Both the position numbers and the translations under genes were made by a program. Positions 19,012 to 29,778 of a stretch of DNA of 64,000 bases are shown here, one piece after another; position 1 is the first letter of the stretch, and every line of letters begins with the position of its first letter. Under the pieces are notes generated by a model that saw only the letters and a program-made list of their open reading frames with translations, did no database searches and was not told the DNA's origin. Source of the DNA: Alphaproteobacteria bacterium (lineage in GTDB: Bacteria > Pseudomonadota > Alphaproteobacteria > MPNO01 > UBA830); NCBI GenBank assembly GCA_965243135.1, contig OZ251539.1, positions 832,001 through 896,000 on the forward strand. Reading direction: 5' to 3'.

Positions 19012-21318
19012 ATGCTCGATCTGATCGAACTCGGCCGAGGCAAAACGGAAGATCCCCTCGTCATGGCCTGGGCGCTTCGCCGGTTTTCTACGGCCCGCGA
19101 CCGGCGGCTCATGGAGGAGGCATGGTTCGGCGACTCGATCTTGCGGCATTGGCTGGAGACCGACGACGAAGACGTGCTTTGCGGAATGTTCGACGCGCTG
19201 CCGAACGAACGGTTCTCCGCCTTCGAGTCCGTCATCGCCGAGCGATTGCGAGGATGGCCGCTTCGAATATACGAGCGCGCCGCATCCAGCTTGCTCCGGA
19301 ATTCCCCGGCAGGTCTGATCCCGGCGTTCGAAGAGGAAATCGCCCGCCGTCCCGCCGATTACGGCCGCCTTGAAATCATCGCGTCTTGCCTGGACGATCT
19401 GCCGATGCCGTCGCGGCTCGAACTTCTGCAGTCGCTCGCGGACCTTCTTCCGGAAATCGGGAACGAGGTAATCGGACGGGACATCCTGAACCGATTGCTG
19501 CGACCCGCGTTCAATCTGGGTCCGGACGTCCTGTCGAGGATTCTGGAATCCGCCCCGCTTCTCCGGCCGAGCGAAGGTCCCTGGGGCACCATCGCCTACT
19601 TTTGCAAGGCCCTGCTGGGCGGTGTCCACCTCTTTTTCGACGCCAGGGACCTGACGGAAGAGACGGAGTCGGCCGGGTTTTCCGAGCGAAGGCCGTTCTT
19701 CGAGGCTGCCGCTCCGCTCGAGGAATGCGATCGATTGCTCTCGGGACCGATCTCGCAGGCTGCCGCGCTGGAGCTGTTGGAACGGCACCGGCCGCAAGTT
19801 TCCGAGCACCTCCGCAGATTTTTGCCGGAATTGACGTCGAGGCATGGCGCGACGGAACTGGACGCGGCGTGCCTGATGGTGGCGGCCGTCCTCGACGCCT
19901 ACGAACTCCGCGAGATCGATAGCGGATCCCTCGACCTCGGGGAGACGCTTCGGCTAATGACCCTGGAGGCCGGCTTCGGCCATCAATTCGCGGCGTTGGC
20001 GGAGCGTCTTCGCGATTTCGACCCGGACGAGGTCGCAGCCGGGGCGCGGGCGACGATGGAAGCGCTTGGCGCCGCACCGCCCACCGCGCGCCTCGTGCGG
20101 GCGGTGGGCGCGCTGGAGTTGGTCGAACTCGTTCCGGACCTGATCGAATGGGCGGATCAAAAGGCGGACGACAGCGTCATCGACGAGGCGGAGCGGACGC
20201 TTGCGTTCATGGGGGAGCCGGCCGCGCTCGCGGTCGCCGAGAAATGGGACGGGTTCGACTTCATGCAGAAGTCGATGGGACTGCGGGTTCTGGAAAGCGT
20301 CGGGGGACAGTGCGCATTGGATTTCGCGCTGGAGCGCCACGAGGGCATGTTCAGCGACCGCCAAGGCAGGCAGGATTGGTGCGCTCTGGTCGAGACCGCG
20401 CCTGACGACCGAGCGGTCGACCTGCTTGCGCGGCACGTTCACAGGAAACAGCCCGAAATTGACAGGAGCTATTGCACGTTGTGCGTTCTGACCGGGCGCG
20501 AGCCGGAAAATTTCCAGGAAGTCCGGCAGCGCGTTCTGGAGCGCCGCCGTCAGGCGACGTGGACGATGAGCGAGCCACCCGGGCATCTCGAACTGGAACT
20601 CAGGTGCGGCGAGTGCGGCGAAATCAACACGTACCCGGTTCGGGACGTCGTCATAAGCACCGTCGAAGACCCCGGGCCGCAAAGCTTCGTGCGCGAGGAA
20701 TTTCCTTGCGCGTCCTGCGGGGAGTTTCCCGATTTCAAATTGACGAGGAGCGGCATTATCGCGCTGACCGCGAGCATATTCGGATACGGGGACGAAAGCG
20801 ACGCTCCGCTTTCGCAGCTCAACGTCAATTATCGGGGAAAAGAACGCTCCGTGGCCGGAGTCGTCGAAGAGTTGGGGGCTGCGCTGGAACGCGAGCCCCG
20901 AAGCGTCGTCGATCTTTTGAGAATGGGGCGGGTCCAGCGTTTGTTGGGTCGCCCCGCGAGGGCGCTGCGCTTCTACGCCAAGGCGATGGAAGTCGCGCCG
21001 GACTCCATGGAGGCGAGCCTCGGCGTCGCCCAGATCGCCGCTGGTCGGGGAGAGGCGCGAAAGGCGCTCGATTTGTTGTCCCGTCTGCAGGAAAACGAGG
21101 CGAACTGGCGCTTTCTCCGCGTGGACGAAGTTTCGCCGAGAGTCTTGCAGAGAGAGTTCTCCAGCTTGCGGGGGAGGTTGCGAGCCGCGCTGGGCGAACC
21201 GTCGCGGGCGGAAGATCGCCGAAGCGGCCGAAATCGGCGAAGGACCGGCAGGAACGAACCCTGCCCGTGCGGCAGCGGAAAGAAATACAAGAAATGCTGC
21301 ATGCGCGCCGAACGGTAA
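19012..21318 (+). CDS. Large helical-repeat protein with Zn-ribbon, TPR and C-terminal SEC-C motif (paralog 2)
   Basis: Collinear paralog of 16504-18852; ends [24 protein letters not shown]. Confidence 0.87.
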   Translation: MLDLIELGRGKTEDPLVMAWALRRFSTARDRRLMEEAWFGDSILRHWLETDDEDVLCGMFDALPNERFSAFESVIAERLRGWPLRIYERAASSLLRNSPAGLIPAFEEEIARRPADYGRLEIIASCLDDLPMPSRLELLQSLADLLPEIGNEVIGRDILNRLLRPAFNLGPDVLSRILESAPLLRPSEGPWGTIAYFCKALLGGVHLFFDARDLTEETESAGFSERRPFFEAAAPLEECDRLLSGPISQAAALELLERHRPQVSEHLRRFLPELTSRHGATELDAACLMVAAVLDAYELREIDSGSLDLGETLRLMTLEAGFGHQFAALAERLRDFDPDEVAAGARATMEALGAAPPTARLVRAVGALELVELVPDLIEWADQKADDSVIDEAERTLAFMGEPAALAVAEKWDGFDFMQKSMGLRVLESVGGQCALDFALERHEGMFSDRQGRQDWCALVETAPDDRAVDLLARHVHRKQPEIDRSYCTLCVLTGREPENFQEVRQRVLERRRQATWTMSEPPGHLELELRCGECGEINTYPVRDVVISTVEDPGPQSFVREEFPCASCGEFPDFKLTRSGIIALTASIFGYGDESDAPLSQLNVNYRGKERSVAGVVEELGAALEREPRSVVDLLRMGRVQRLLGRPARALRFYAKAMEVAPDSMEASLGVAQIAAGRGEARKALDLLSRLQENEANWRFLRVDEVSPRVLQREFSSLRGRLRAALGEPSRAEDRRSGRNRRRTGRNEPCPCGSGKKYKKCCMRAER

Positions 21319-21580
21319 GCGACCGCCGCTTCTTGCGCGCGGAGATTCGTTCGCCGGAAGGCGGCGGGCTTGCGCCTTCGTAAGCGGGCGGCTTCCGGCC
21401 GGCGGTCGCGCCGCGCCGACGGAAAAGCAGGATGAAGATGCCGTTCAGGACGTTCGCCGCCGGATGGCCGCTGATCGTGCGCCTGTCGGTCGTCGCCGGC
21501 CTCGCGCCGCTGTCGATCGACATGTACCTGCCGAGCTTCCCCGCGATTCGGGAGGAATTCGGCGCGACGGCGGCGCAGGT

Positions 21581-22663
21581 CTAGTGTTCTGTCCCAGAAA
21601 TACGCATAGATAATCTTTGAACCTTTTCGAGAATGGATTCGGCGGTGGCAATCCAAACGAAGGGAGCGGCATCGCGATTGTAGTCCTCGGTGAACTGCTT
21701 GATGCATTTCACCAATTGGCTGACGTTTGCGAACGATCCCCGGCGAAGGGCGGTCTCCGTGATGAGGCCAAACCAGCGCTCGACCTGATTGAGCCAGGAA
21801 GCGTAGGTCGGCGTGAAGTGGAGATGGTAGCGAGGTCGCTGCGCTATCCAGGCGCGAACCTTGGGATGCTTATGGGTCGCGTAGTTGTCGGCCACCAAAT
21901 GGATGTCGAGTTCTTTGGGGACGTTGCGGTCGATGAGGCGCAGAAAATCGAGGAAATCCTGGTGGCGATGACGTTGCTTGCAGGTGGCGATGACCTGCCC
22001 GGTGGCAATGTCGAGCGCGGCGAACAACGTGGTGGTGCCGTGGCGGATGTAGTCATGGGTGTAGCCCTCGACATAGCCAAGCCCGAGGGGCAGGGTCGGC
22101 TGGGTACGGTCGAGGGCCTGAATCTGCGATTTCTCGTCGACGCACAGCACCACCGCGTGTTCCGGAGGGTTGAGGTACAATCCAACGATGTCGCGCACTT
22201 TCTCCACGAAGAACGGGTCTGTCGACAGCTTGAACGTCTTGCGCAGGTGGGGCTTGACGCCGAACAACTCGAACCAGCGCTGGACGGTGCTCTTCGAGAG
22301 GCCGGCATGGCGGGCCATTGAACGAACGCTCCAGTGCGTCGCATTCTTCGGCGTTTCCTGAAGGGCGCTCTTGATGACCTCGGCAACCCGTTCGTCATCG
22401 TATGTTCGGGGCCGGCCGCTGCGCAACTCGTCGTGTAGCCCTTCGGTCCCGCCTTCCACAAACCGCTTTCGCCATTTGCCTACGGTCAACGGCGATACGT
22501 CGAGCTTTTCGGCGACCGCCTTGTTCGACATTCCCGCAGCGCAATCCAGAACGATCTTGGCGCGTAGAGTCAAACCGGAAGGCAGCGACGTTGCATTCGC
22601 AATGCTGCGCAATTGCGCTTCCTGATCCAAAGTGAGAACGAGCGGCGGCTTTCCTTTCGGCAT
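21581..22663 (-). CDS. IS630-family transposase
   Basis: N-terminal HTH; [31 protein letters not shown] and [17 protein letters not shown] motifs. The stop codon uses the target TA. Confidence 0.96.
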   Translation of the reverse strand: MPKGKPPLVLTLDQEAQLRSIANATSLPSGLTLRAKIVLDCAAGMSNKAVAEKLDVSPLTVGKWRKRFVEGGTEGLHDELRSGRPRTYDDERVAEVIKSALQETPKNATHWSVRSMARHAGLSKSTVQRWFELFGVKPHLRKTFKLSTDPFFVEKVRDIVGLYLNPPEHAVVLCVDEKSQIQALDRTQPTLPLGLGYVEGYTHDYIRHGTTTLFAALDIATGQVIATCKQRHRHQDFLDFLRLIDRNVPKELDIHLVADNYATHKHPKVRAWIAQRPRYHLHFTPTYASWLNQVERWFGLITETALRRGSFANVSQLVKCIKQFTEDYNRDAAPFVWIATAESILEKVQRLSMRISGTEH

Positions 22664-22724
22664 GGCGACCTCCTCCTGAAAATGCCCATGCCTGTATATA
22701 ATATGTATTTGAGGGACACAACAC
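21584..22724 (-). mobile_element. IS630-family insertion sequence, intact
   Basis: Inverted repeats gtgttctgtcccagaaatac / gtgttgtgtccctcaaatac. Flanked by duplicated TA (21582-83, 22725-26) in CTAG context. Lower GC than flanks. Confidence 0.95.
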
Positions 22725-23783
22725 TAGCTCACCCTCAGCGGATTCATTTTCGGTTTCGCGCTCGGCCAGCTCTGTTACGGCCCCCTGTCGGACCGTTTCG
22801 GTCGCCGGCCGGTGTTGCTGTCGGGCATTTGCCTTTACGCCGGGATGACGATTCTTTGCGCGGTGAGCGACGATATCGAGATATTCACCTTGTTCCGCTT
22901 TCTGCAGGCTGTCGGCGGCGGTGCCGGCGCGGTGCTGTCGCGGGCCATCGTTCGCGACCGGTATTCGGGCGCCGAAATGGCGCGCGCCATGTCGCTCATG
23001 CTGACGGTGATTCTGTTGGCGCCGATGGCGGCTCCCGTGATCGGCGGCTACCTGCTGGTCTGGGCCGGCTGGCGCGCCGTTTTCTGGGTTCTCGCGGTCA
23101 TCGGCCTTGCGGCGACGCTCGTCGTCGCGTTCGGCATGGAGGAAACGTTGCCGCGGAACCGGCGCAGCGCGCCGGGCGTCCGGTCCCTGCTGCGCGGATA
23201 CGGCGCCGTGCTTCGGCATCGCGGAGCGTTGGGATACGTTCTATCCGGCGGCCTCAGTTTTGCCGCCCTTTTCGCGTTCCTTTCCGGCGCGGCATTCGTC
23301 TTCATCGAGCACTACGGCCTCCCGCCGCAGCACATGGGTTATCTCTTCACCTTCAACGTAGCGGGCGTAATGGTCGGCGGCTGGGTCAACAGCCGGTTGG
23401 TGGTGCGGCGGGGCGTGCGGGAAATGACGACCGTCGGCGCGGCGCTGTTGTTCGCCGGAGCTTTGGCGCTCTTCGTTCTCGTCGCGTTCGACGTCGCGGG
23501 CATGTGGGGCGCGATCGCCGGCATTTTCGCGTTCACGCTTCCGCTCAACATGATCAACGCGAATTCCGTTGCCGGAGCGCTGGAGCATTTCCCCCGTCAT
23601 GCGGGAACCGCGTCGGCGGTCGTCGGCGCGGCGCGGTACGGGTTCGGCGCATTGTCCGGAATCTGCGTGGGCCTCCTGCACGACGGCACCGCCGTGCCCA
23701 TGGCGGCGGTCATATTCGGTTGTTCGGCGGCAAGCGCGATTTTCGCGCTGACGATGGTGCGGCGATAGCCGGCCGGAGCTCGG

Positions 23784-24545
23784 TCACGCCGTCACGGAAA
23801 ACGCCGCTACGCCGAGATTCTGCACCGTATTCCGCACGTGAACGCCGACGGCCAGAGGTTCGGCCGCGGTCGCGCCGCCGGCCATCACGATCCAGCCCGC
23901 CTGCAGGGGTTCCTCCGCCCCGGCCGAGAGCCGGGCGGCGGCCACGAGCGAACGCACGGGATGGCCGAGGATCGCGGCTGACGAGCCGATCTGTCTGGCG
24001 CGCCCGTCGAATTCCAGCACCATGCCCAAATTCTCGAGTTCGGTGTCCGGACTGCGCCACGGACCGATCACGAAGCCGGAGGACGACGCGTTGTCCGCTA
24101 TCACGTCTTCGAGCGAGAACTTGAATTTCCTGTACCGCGAATCGATGACCTCCATGGCGGCGGCGACGCCGTCGACGGCGGCGAGCGCCTCGGCGGCCGT
24201 GCAGGGATAGTGCAGCGGCCGCCTGAGCAGAAAGGCGATTTCCGGCTCGACGCGGGGATGCACGTAGCGGTCGAGCGAGATGGAGCCGCCGTCCTCGATC
24301 ACCATGGCGTCGGTGAGGCGTCCCCAGATCATGTCCTCGATGCCCATCTGCGCCATCTTGGCGCGGCTGGTGAATCCCATCTTCATGCCGTTGCGGCGTT
24401 CGCCGCGCTTGATTCTCCGTTCGATCGACATTTTTTGCACTTCGTAGGCGTCTTCGACGGTGTATTTCGCGGACGGCTGCGACACGGCGCGGGCGCCGAG
24501 CGCCGCCTTGTCGAGCGTTTTCGCCATCCTGACCAGATCCACCAT
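23784..24545 (-). CDS. dmpH: 4-oxalocrotonate (2-oxo-3-hexenedioate) decarboxylase
   Basis: KMGFTSRAKMAQMG, HPRVEPEIAF, EVIDSRY..FKFSLEDVIADNASS and GSSAAILGHP motifs. Confidence 0.88.
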   Translation of the reverse strand: MVDLVRMAKTLDKAALGARAVSQPSAKYTVEDAYEVQKMSIERRIKRGERRNGMKMGFTSRAKMAQMGIEDMIWGRLTDAMVIEDGGSISLDRYVHPRVEPEIAFLLRRPLHYPCTAAEALAAVDGVAAAMEVIDSRYRKFKFSLEDVIADNASSSGFVIGPWRSPDTELENLGMVLEFDGRARQIGSSAAILGHPVRSLVAAARLSAGAEEPLQAGWIVMAGGATAAEPLAVGVHVRNTVQNLGVAAFSVTA

Positions 24546-24563
24546 GATGTCTCTCCGTTCGGT

Positions 24564-25598
24564 TCAGGTGTCCCGCGCCGTTTTGCGCTCCCGCAGAATA
24601 TCGAGCGCGACGTCGACGATCATGTCTTCCTGGCCGCCTACCATCCTGCGTTCTCCGAGTTCGATCAGGATGTCGCGCGTGTCGATGCCGTAAGTCCGCG
24701 AAGCGGTCTCCGCATGACGCAGGAAGCTGGAATAGACTCCCGCGTAGCCGAGCGCCAGCGTCTCGCGGTCGACGCGGACCGGGCGATCCTGCAGCGGTCT
24801 GACGAGTTCTTCGGCGGCGTCCATCAGCAGGAACAGGTCGCAGTCGTGGTCGAGGTCCATTCGGTTGGCTACGGCGACGAAGATCTCCAGCGGGCAGTTG
24901 CCGGCTCCGGCGCCCATGCCGGCGAGCGACGCGTCCACCCTGGTCGCGCCGTGCTCCACGGCGACGACGGAGTTCGCCACGCCGAAGGAGAGGTTGTGAT
25001 GGGCATGGATTCCGGTCTGGGTCTCGGGCAGAAGCGCGTCGTTGAACGCCCGGAACCGGTCGGCCACGTCCTGCGGCAACAGCGCGCCTCCGGAATCCGT
25101 CACGTAGACGCAATGCGCTCCGTATTCCTCCATCAGCTTCGCCTGTCCGGCGAGCAGGTCGGGCGGGTTCATGTGCGCCATCATGAGAAATCCGGCGACG
25201 TCCATACCGAGATTGCGAGCGAATTCGATGTGTTGCTTGGCGATATCCGCTTCCGTGCAGTGGGTGGCGATGCGGACCGAGCGGGCGCCGGCTTCGTATG
25301 CCTCCCGCAGATCGTGGACCGTTCCGATGCCCGGCAGCAGGAGAGTCGCGAGTTTCGCGCGCTTCAGGACGCCGGCCGCCGCCTCGATGTAGTCGAGGTC
25401 GGTTTCCCTGGCGAAACCGTAATTGAAGGACATGCCCGCCAGCCCGTCGCCGTGGGCCACCTCGATCGAATCCACCTTCGCTTCGTCGAGCGCCTTGCAG
25501 ATCGCCTTGACGTGGTCGAGTCCGTACTGATGCCGGATGGCGTGCATGCCGTCGCGCAGCGTCACGTCCTGGACGTAGATTTTCTTCCCTGTCGCCAA
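24564..25598 (-). CDS. dmpG: 4-hydroxy-2-oxovalerate aldolase
   Basis: [31 protein letters not shown] and VGGQEDMI motifs. TTG start after GGAGAG. Confidence 0.95.
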   Translation of the reverse strand: MATGKKIYVQDVTLRDGMHAIRHQYGLDHVKAICKALDEAKVDSIEVAHGDGLAGMSFNYGFARETDLDYIEAAAGVLKRAKLATLLLPGIGTVHDLREAYEAGARSVRIATHCTEADIAKQHIEFARNLGMDVAGFLMMAHMNPPDLLAGQAKLMEEYGAHCVYVTDSGGALLPQDVADRFRAFNDALLPETQTGIHAHHNLSFGVANSVVAVEHGATRVDASLAGMGAGAGNCPLEIFVAVANRMDLDHDCDLFLLMDAAEELVRPLQDRPVRVDRETLALGYAGVYSSFLRHAETASRTYGIDTRDILIELGERRMVGGQEDMIVDVALDILRERKTARDT

Positions 25599-25612
25599 AA
25601 GCTCTCTCCGCT

Positions 25613-26530
25613 TCAGACGCGCGAAACGACGCGTTCGCCGGTGCGCAGCGCGGCCGAGGTCATGATGTCGAGATTTCCGGCGTAGGTCGGCAGGTAGTGC
25701 CCGGCGCCCTCGACTTCGAGAAAGATCGACGACTTGAGGCCCTGAAAGTCTCCGCGGCCGGGGATGCGCAGCGGATTGTTGGATCCGAAGCGTTCGAACT
25801 GCACGTCCTGCTTGAGGCGGTAGCCCGGCACGTAGCTCTGCACTTCCTTCACCATGTCGGCGACCGAGTCGGCGATCCGTTCGGGCTCCGCTTCGTCGGA
25901 AAGGGTATAAACGGTATCGCGCATCACGAGGGGCGGTTCGGCCGGATTGAGAACGATGATCGCCTTGCCCTGTTCCGCGCCGCCCACCGCTTCGAGGCCC
26001 TTGGACGTGGTTTCCGTGAACTCGTCGATATTGGCGCGCGTGCCGGGACCTGCGGATTTCGAGGAAATCGAGGCGACGATCTCCGCGTAGCGGACCTTCG
26101 CGACGCGATTGACCGCGTGAACCATCGGCACGGTGGCCTGGCCGCCGCAGGACACCATGTTGATGTTGGGCGCGTCCAGGTGCTGGTCCATGTTGACGAC
26201 GGGCACGACGTAAGGCCCGACGGCCGCCGGCGTCAGATCGATGATGACCTTGCCGTGTTCTTCGCAGACGGCCGCGTTGCGCCGGTGCGCGCCCGCGGAG
26301 GTCGCGTCGAAAACGAGGGCGATCTCTTTCCACTCCGCCATGCGCGTCAGGCCGTCGAGACCTTCGTGCGTCGTCGGCACTCCCATGCTCCTTGCCCGGG
26401 CGAGGCCGTCGGATGCGGGGTCGATGCCCACGAGCGCGCCCATTTCGAGGACGTCGGAAGTCTTGACGATCTTCATCATCAGGTCGGTGCCGATGTTGCC
26501 GGAACCGACGATCGCGACCTTTTTCCCCAT
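25613..26530 (-). CDS. dmpF: Acetaldehyde dehydrogenase (acylating)
   Basis: [34 protein letters not shown] and YAGNLDIMT motifs. Confidence 0.95.
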   Translation of the reverse strand: MGKKVAIVGSGNIGTDLMMKIVKTSDVLEMGALVGIDPASDGLARARSMGVPTTHEGLDGLTRMAEWKEIALVFDATSAGAHRRNAAVCEEHGKVIIDLTPAAVGPYVVPVVNMDQHLDAPNINMVSCGGQATVPMVHAVNRVAKVRYAEIVASISSKSAGPGTRANIDEFTETTSKGLEAVGGAEQGKAIIVLNPAEPPLVMRDTVYTLSDEAEPERIADSVADMVKEVQSYVPGYRLKQDVQFERFGSNNPLRIPGRGDFQGLKSSIFLEVEGAGHYLPTYAGNLDIMTSAALRTGERVVSRV

Positions 26531-26541
26531 TGCCGCGGCTC

Positions 26542-27336
26542 TCAATTCGAGAACGCGGCGCGCACGCCGCCGAGGCCGGAAATGCGCGCCTCGACGACAT
26601 CGCCGGCCGACACCGGCGCCATCGGACCCAGCGCGCCGGTCATGACGACGTCGCCGGCGACGAGGGGCATGCCGACCTCTGCCATCTTGCGGGCGAGCCA
26701 GACCGCGGCGTTGAGCGGATTGCCGAGACAGGCGGCCCCCGCTCCGACCGACACCTGCGCGCCCCGGTTCTCCATGACCATGCCGCACAGGCGAAGGTCC
26801 ACGTCGTCCAGCGCGACCGGGCGCGTGCCGAGCACGATCATTCCGGACGACGCGTTGTCCGCGATGGTGTCGACGATGCCGATGTCCCATTTGGCGATGC
26901 GGCTGCCGACCACCTCTATCGCGGGCAGCAGGTAGTCGACGGCGTCGATAACGTCGAGAATCGTGATCTGTTCGCGGTCGAGGCCGTCGCCCAGCACGAG
27001 GGCGACTTCCGCCTCCGCTCTCGGCTGGGAGATGGACGCGAAGTCGATTTCGTCGCCGTCGACGACGGTCATGTCGGCGTAGATGATCCCGTAATCCGGC
27101 TGGTCGACGCCGAGCTGCGCCTGAACCGCTTTCGCGGTCAGTCCGATCTTGCGTCCGATAACGCGCCGGCCCTCGCCGACCCAGAAATCGGTGTTGGTCT
27201 TCTGCACTTCGTAGGCCGCGTCGATATCGCCCGCGGGAAGGCTGTTTCGAACCGGCTTGATGGTCTTTCCGGTTTTCCAGGCGTTGCGGATGCGCCGCGC
27301 GGCGTCCGCGACGGCTTTTTCCCTTTCGGCGGCCAT
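26542..27336 (-). CDS. dmpE: 2-keto-4-pentenoate hydratase
   Basis: [35 protein letters not shown] and GAACLGNPL motifs. Confidence 0.92.
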   Translation of the reverse strand: MAAEREKAVADAARRIRNAWKTGKTIKPVRNSLPAGDIDAAYEVQKTNTDFWVGEGRRVIGRKIGLTAKAVQAQLGVDQPDYGIIYADMTVVDGDEIDFASISQPRAEAEVALVLGDGLDREQITILDVIDAVDYLLPAIEVVGSRIAKWDIGIVDTIADNASSGMIVLGTRPVALDDVDLRLCGMVMENRGAQVSVGAGAACLGNPLNAAVWLARKMAEVGMPLVAGDVVMTGALGPMAPVSAGDVVEARISGLGGVRAAFSN

Positions 27337-27398
27337 ATTCGACTCCCTTTCTTCGTTCCCGGCCGTTCGCTCGGCGCCGGCCGGCCGGCGCGTTCCCG

Positions 27399-28877
27399 TC
27401 AAAGCTTGATGCAGATGTTCTTCTGCTCGGAGTAGAAGTTGAGGGCGTGCTGGCCTCCCTCGCGTCCGAAGCCCGACAGGCCCATGCCGCCGAACGGCGT
27501 TCGCAGGTCGCGGAGGAACCAGCAGTTCACCCAGTTGATCCCGGCCTCCATCCGCTGCGCGACCCGGTGGCCGCGCGAAAGGTTGGTCGTCCAGACGGTG
27601 GAGGCCAGGCCGTATTCCGTGTCGTTCGCCATTTCGACCGCTTCCTCCTCGCCGTCGAAGGGCGCGACATGGCACACGGGACCGAAGATCTCTTCTTTCT
27701 GGATGCGCGAGTCTTCGGGAAGTCCGGCGAGAATCGTGGGCTCGATCCAGGCGCCGCCGTCGCGTTCGTCGCCGAAGGCGGGGATGCCGCCGCCGGCAAC
27801 GATCTCGGCTCCGGTTTCCTTCGCCAGATCGTAATAGCCCTGCACCTTCCGGCGGTGTTCGACGCTGATCAGCGGTCCCATCTGCGTGTCGGAATTCTCC
27901 GGGCGGCCGAGCGTCATCGCTCGGGCTTTTTCCGCCAGAGCTTCGACGAACCGGTCGAAGAGAGGGCGCTCGACGTAGAGCCGCTCGGAGCAAAGGCATA
28001 CCTGGCCGCAATTGGCGAAGACCGAACGCACCGTGCCTTCCAGCGCCGCGTCGAAATCCGCGTCGGCGAACACGATGGACGGATTCTTGCCTCCGAGTTC
28101 GAAGGAGAGCGCCTTAACGTTGTCCGCCGCCGCCCGCATGATGGCGCTGCCCGTCGTCGTCTCGCCGGTAAAGGTGATGGCGTCGATGCCGCGATGAGTC
28201 GTCAGGAACTCGCCAGCGGAGTCCGGGCCGAAACCGTGGACCAGGTTGAACGCGCCGTCCGGGACGCCGGAGTCCTTCATTACCTCGGCAAGGAGCGTCG
28301 CGGTGGTCGGCGTCTCTTCCGACGGCTTCAGGATGACTGCGTTTCCCGAGGCCATCGCCGGCGCGATCTTCCATGTCGAGAGCAGCAGCGGCAGGTTCCA
28401 CGGGCTGATCACTCCGACGACGCCGTGCGGCTGGCGCACCGAATAGTTGATCGCGCCGGCCCCGTCGGGCGTGTCCTGCTGGTAGGCTTCGGTGCCCACG
28501 GATTTGATCAGGTCGGCGAACACCCGAAAATTGGCGGCGCCGCGCGGTATGTCGACATGGCTGGCCAGAGAGCGAGGCTTGCCCGTGTCGAGGGTTTCCG
28601 CTTCGACGAATTCCTGCGCCCGGGCATCGATGCCGTCGGCGACCGCGTACAGGATGCGGCAGCGTTCCGCAACCGGCATCCGGCCCCAGGTTTCGCGGTA
28701 GGCTTTCCGCGCCGCCTCCACGGCGCGGTCGACAAGATCCCGGTCGGCTTCGTGGACCCGGGACAGCAGCGTTCCATCGAGCGGCGTGGCGTTTTCGAAG
28801 ACGTTTCCGCTCGCGACGAACTCGCCGCCGACGAAGTTCTTGAGTTCCCGCACGTTCCGTTGTCCGGCGGCAGTCAT
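27399..28877 (-). CDS. dmpC: 2-hydroxymuconic (or 2-aminomuconic) semialdehyde dehydrogenase
   Basis: [31 protein letters not shown] and [14 protein letters not shown] motifs. Confidence 0.9.
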   Translation of the reverse strand: MTAAGQRNVRELKNFVGGEFVASGNVFENATPLDGTLLSRVHEADRDLVDRAVEAARKAYRETWGRMPVAERCRILYAVADGIDARAQEFVEAETLDTGKPRSLASHVDIPRGAANFRVFADLIKSVGTEAYQQDTPDGAGAINYSVRQPHGVVGVISPWNLPLLLSTWKIAPAMASGNAVILKPSEETPTTATLLAEVMKDSGVPDGAFNLVHGFGPDSAGEFLTTHRGIDAITFTGETTTGSAIMRAAADNVKALSFELGGKNPSIVFADADFDAALEGTVRSVFANCGQVCLCSERLYVERPLFDRFVEALAEKARAMTLGRPENSDTQMGPLISVEHRRKVQGYYDLAKETGAEIVAGGGIPAFGDERDGGAWIEPTILAGLPEDSRIQKEEIFGPVCHVAPFDGEEEAVEMANDTEYGLASTVWTTNLSRGHRVAQRMEAGINWVNCWFLRDLRTPFGGMGLSGFGREGGQHALNFYSEQKNICIKL

Positions 28878-29094
28878 CCGCTTCTCCCTGTTCGGAGCGG
28901 GACTTATATCAGATTCGAAGCGGAGAAGTGAGCGGAGACGAGCGACGACCGGCTTTGCGGTCCCGAACGGTTCTCGGACCGCGGCAGCCGCGGAAGTTCC
29001 GGCGTTCGACGACGCGGGCTGAATTGCCGCCGCGAGAGGCGGTCGCTTGCGACGATCGGGGAGATCCGCAATCGTGGGCAGGGGAGGCAGTGCC

Positions 29095-29673
29095 ATGGAA
29101 AGGGTCGGTTTCGCGCATATGGCGGAGGGAACCGCCGACGACTACCGCATCGTGGACGCTGCCGTGGTCCGCGCGCATTCGTTGCTGGCCGACGAGCTGC
29201 TGGCGATGCTGAAGCGCGTCGAGACGATCGATATGGGGTTACGGGTCAGCCGTCTCGAGCACGCCTTGCAGGCGGCCACTCATGCCTATCGGGACGATCA
29301 GGACGAGGAAACGGTGGTTGCAGCGCTGCTTCACGATATCGCCGACGGCATCTCGCCCTACAACCACGCCGAAGTGGCGGCAGGCATCCTGAAGCCTTAC
29401 GTGAGCGAACGGACCTTCTGGGTGGTGAAGCACCACGGTCTTTTTCAGACCTGGTACTACAATCACCATTATGGCCGGGACAGAAACCTGCGCGACCGCT
29501 ACAGGGGTCACCCGCATTATCGGGCCTGCGTCGATTTCTGCGCCCGGTACGATCAGGTGTCGTTCGACCCGAACTTCAAGGCGATGCCGCTCGAAGCCTT
29601 CGAGCCGATGGTTCGCCGCCTCTTCGCACATCCTCCGGGTTTCGACATGTCGGCTCTTGACGAGGCGACCTGA
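29095..29673 (+). CDS. HD-domain metalloprotein (PhnZ/TmpB/MIOX-like)
   Basis: LEHALQAAT, ALLHDI, NH, KHH and YD..SFDP motifs. GGAGG RBS. Confidence 0.82.
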   Translation: MERVGFAHMAEGTADDYRIVDAAVVRAHSLLADELLAMLKRVETIDMGLRVSRLEHALQAATHAYRDDQDEETVVAALLHDIADGISPYNHAEVAAGILKPYVSERTFWVVKHHGLFQTWYYNHHYGRDRNLRDRYRGHPHYRACVDFCARYDQVSFDPNFKAMPLEAFEPMVRRLFAHPPGFDMSALDEAT

Positions 29674-29778
29674 GGAGACGCGGATTTCAGTCGCCGCGAC
29701 TGGACGGGCGTAGGGTGCGCGGCTTCGCCCGCCGAGGGACGCGATACGCTCGCCCGGCGTTCCGTTCCTTTCTCGACT

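Larger units (their letters stand above)
16356..21330 (+). repeat. Tandem duplication of a ~2.5-kb unit (upstream region plus gene)
   Basis: cgaccgtcgcg at 16356 and 18854, cgaccgccgc at 21320. The upstream regions share cgtttcgccgg, cgcttgtcg and gaagga..ggcccgccgga. Confidence 0.75.
21432..23768 (+). pseudogene. Bcr/CflA-family MFS efflux transporter interrupted by IS630
   Basis: The 5' part (..LAPLSIDMYLPSFPAI..AQV, to 21581) resumes at 22728 (LTLSGF..GQLCYGPLSDRFGRRPV) and continues to 23768. Confidence 0.9.

Noticed and set aside
13436-19845. Very long antisense or alternate-frame ORFs (13436-16438, 13642-16482, 16258-19845)
   Set aside because: Shadow ORFs of real genes in high-GC DNA; Arg/Gly/Pro-rich with no motifs.
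16504-21318. SEC-C proteins as SecA
   Set aside because: No DEAD-like ATPase motifs; only the terminal metal-binding motif is shared.
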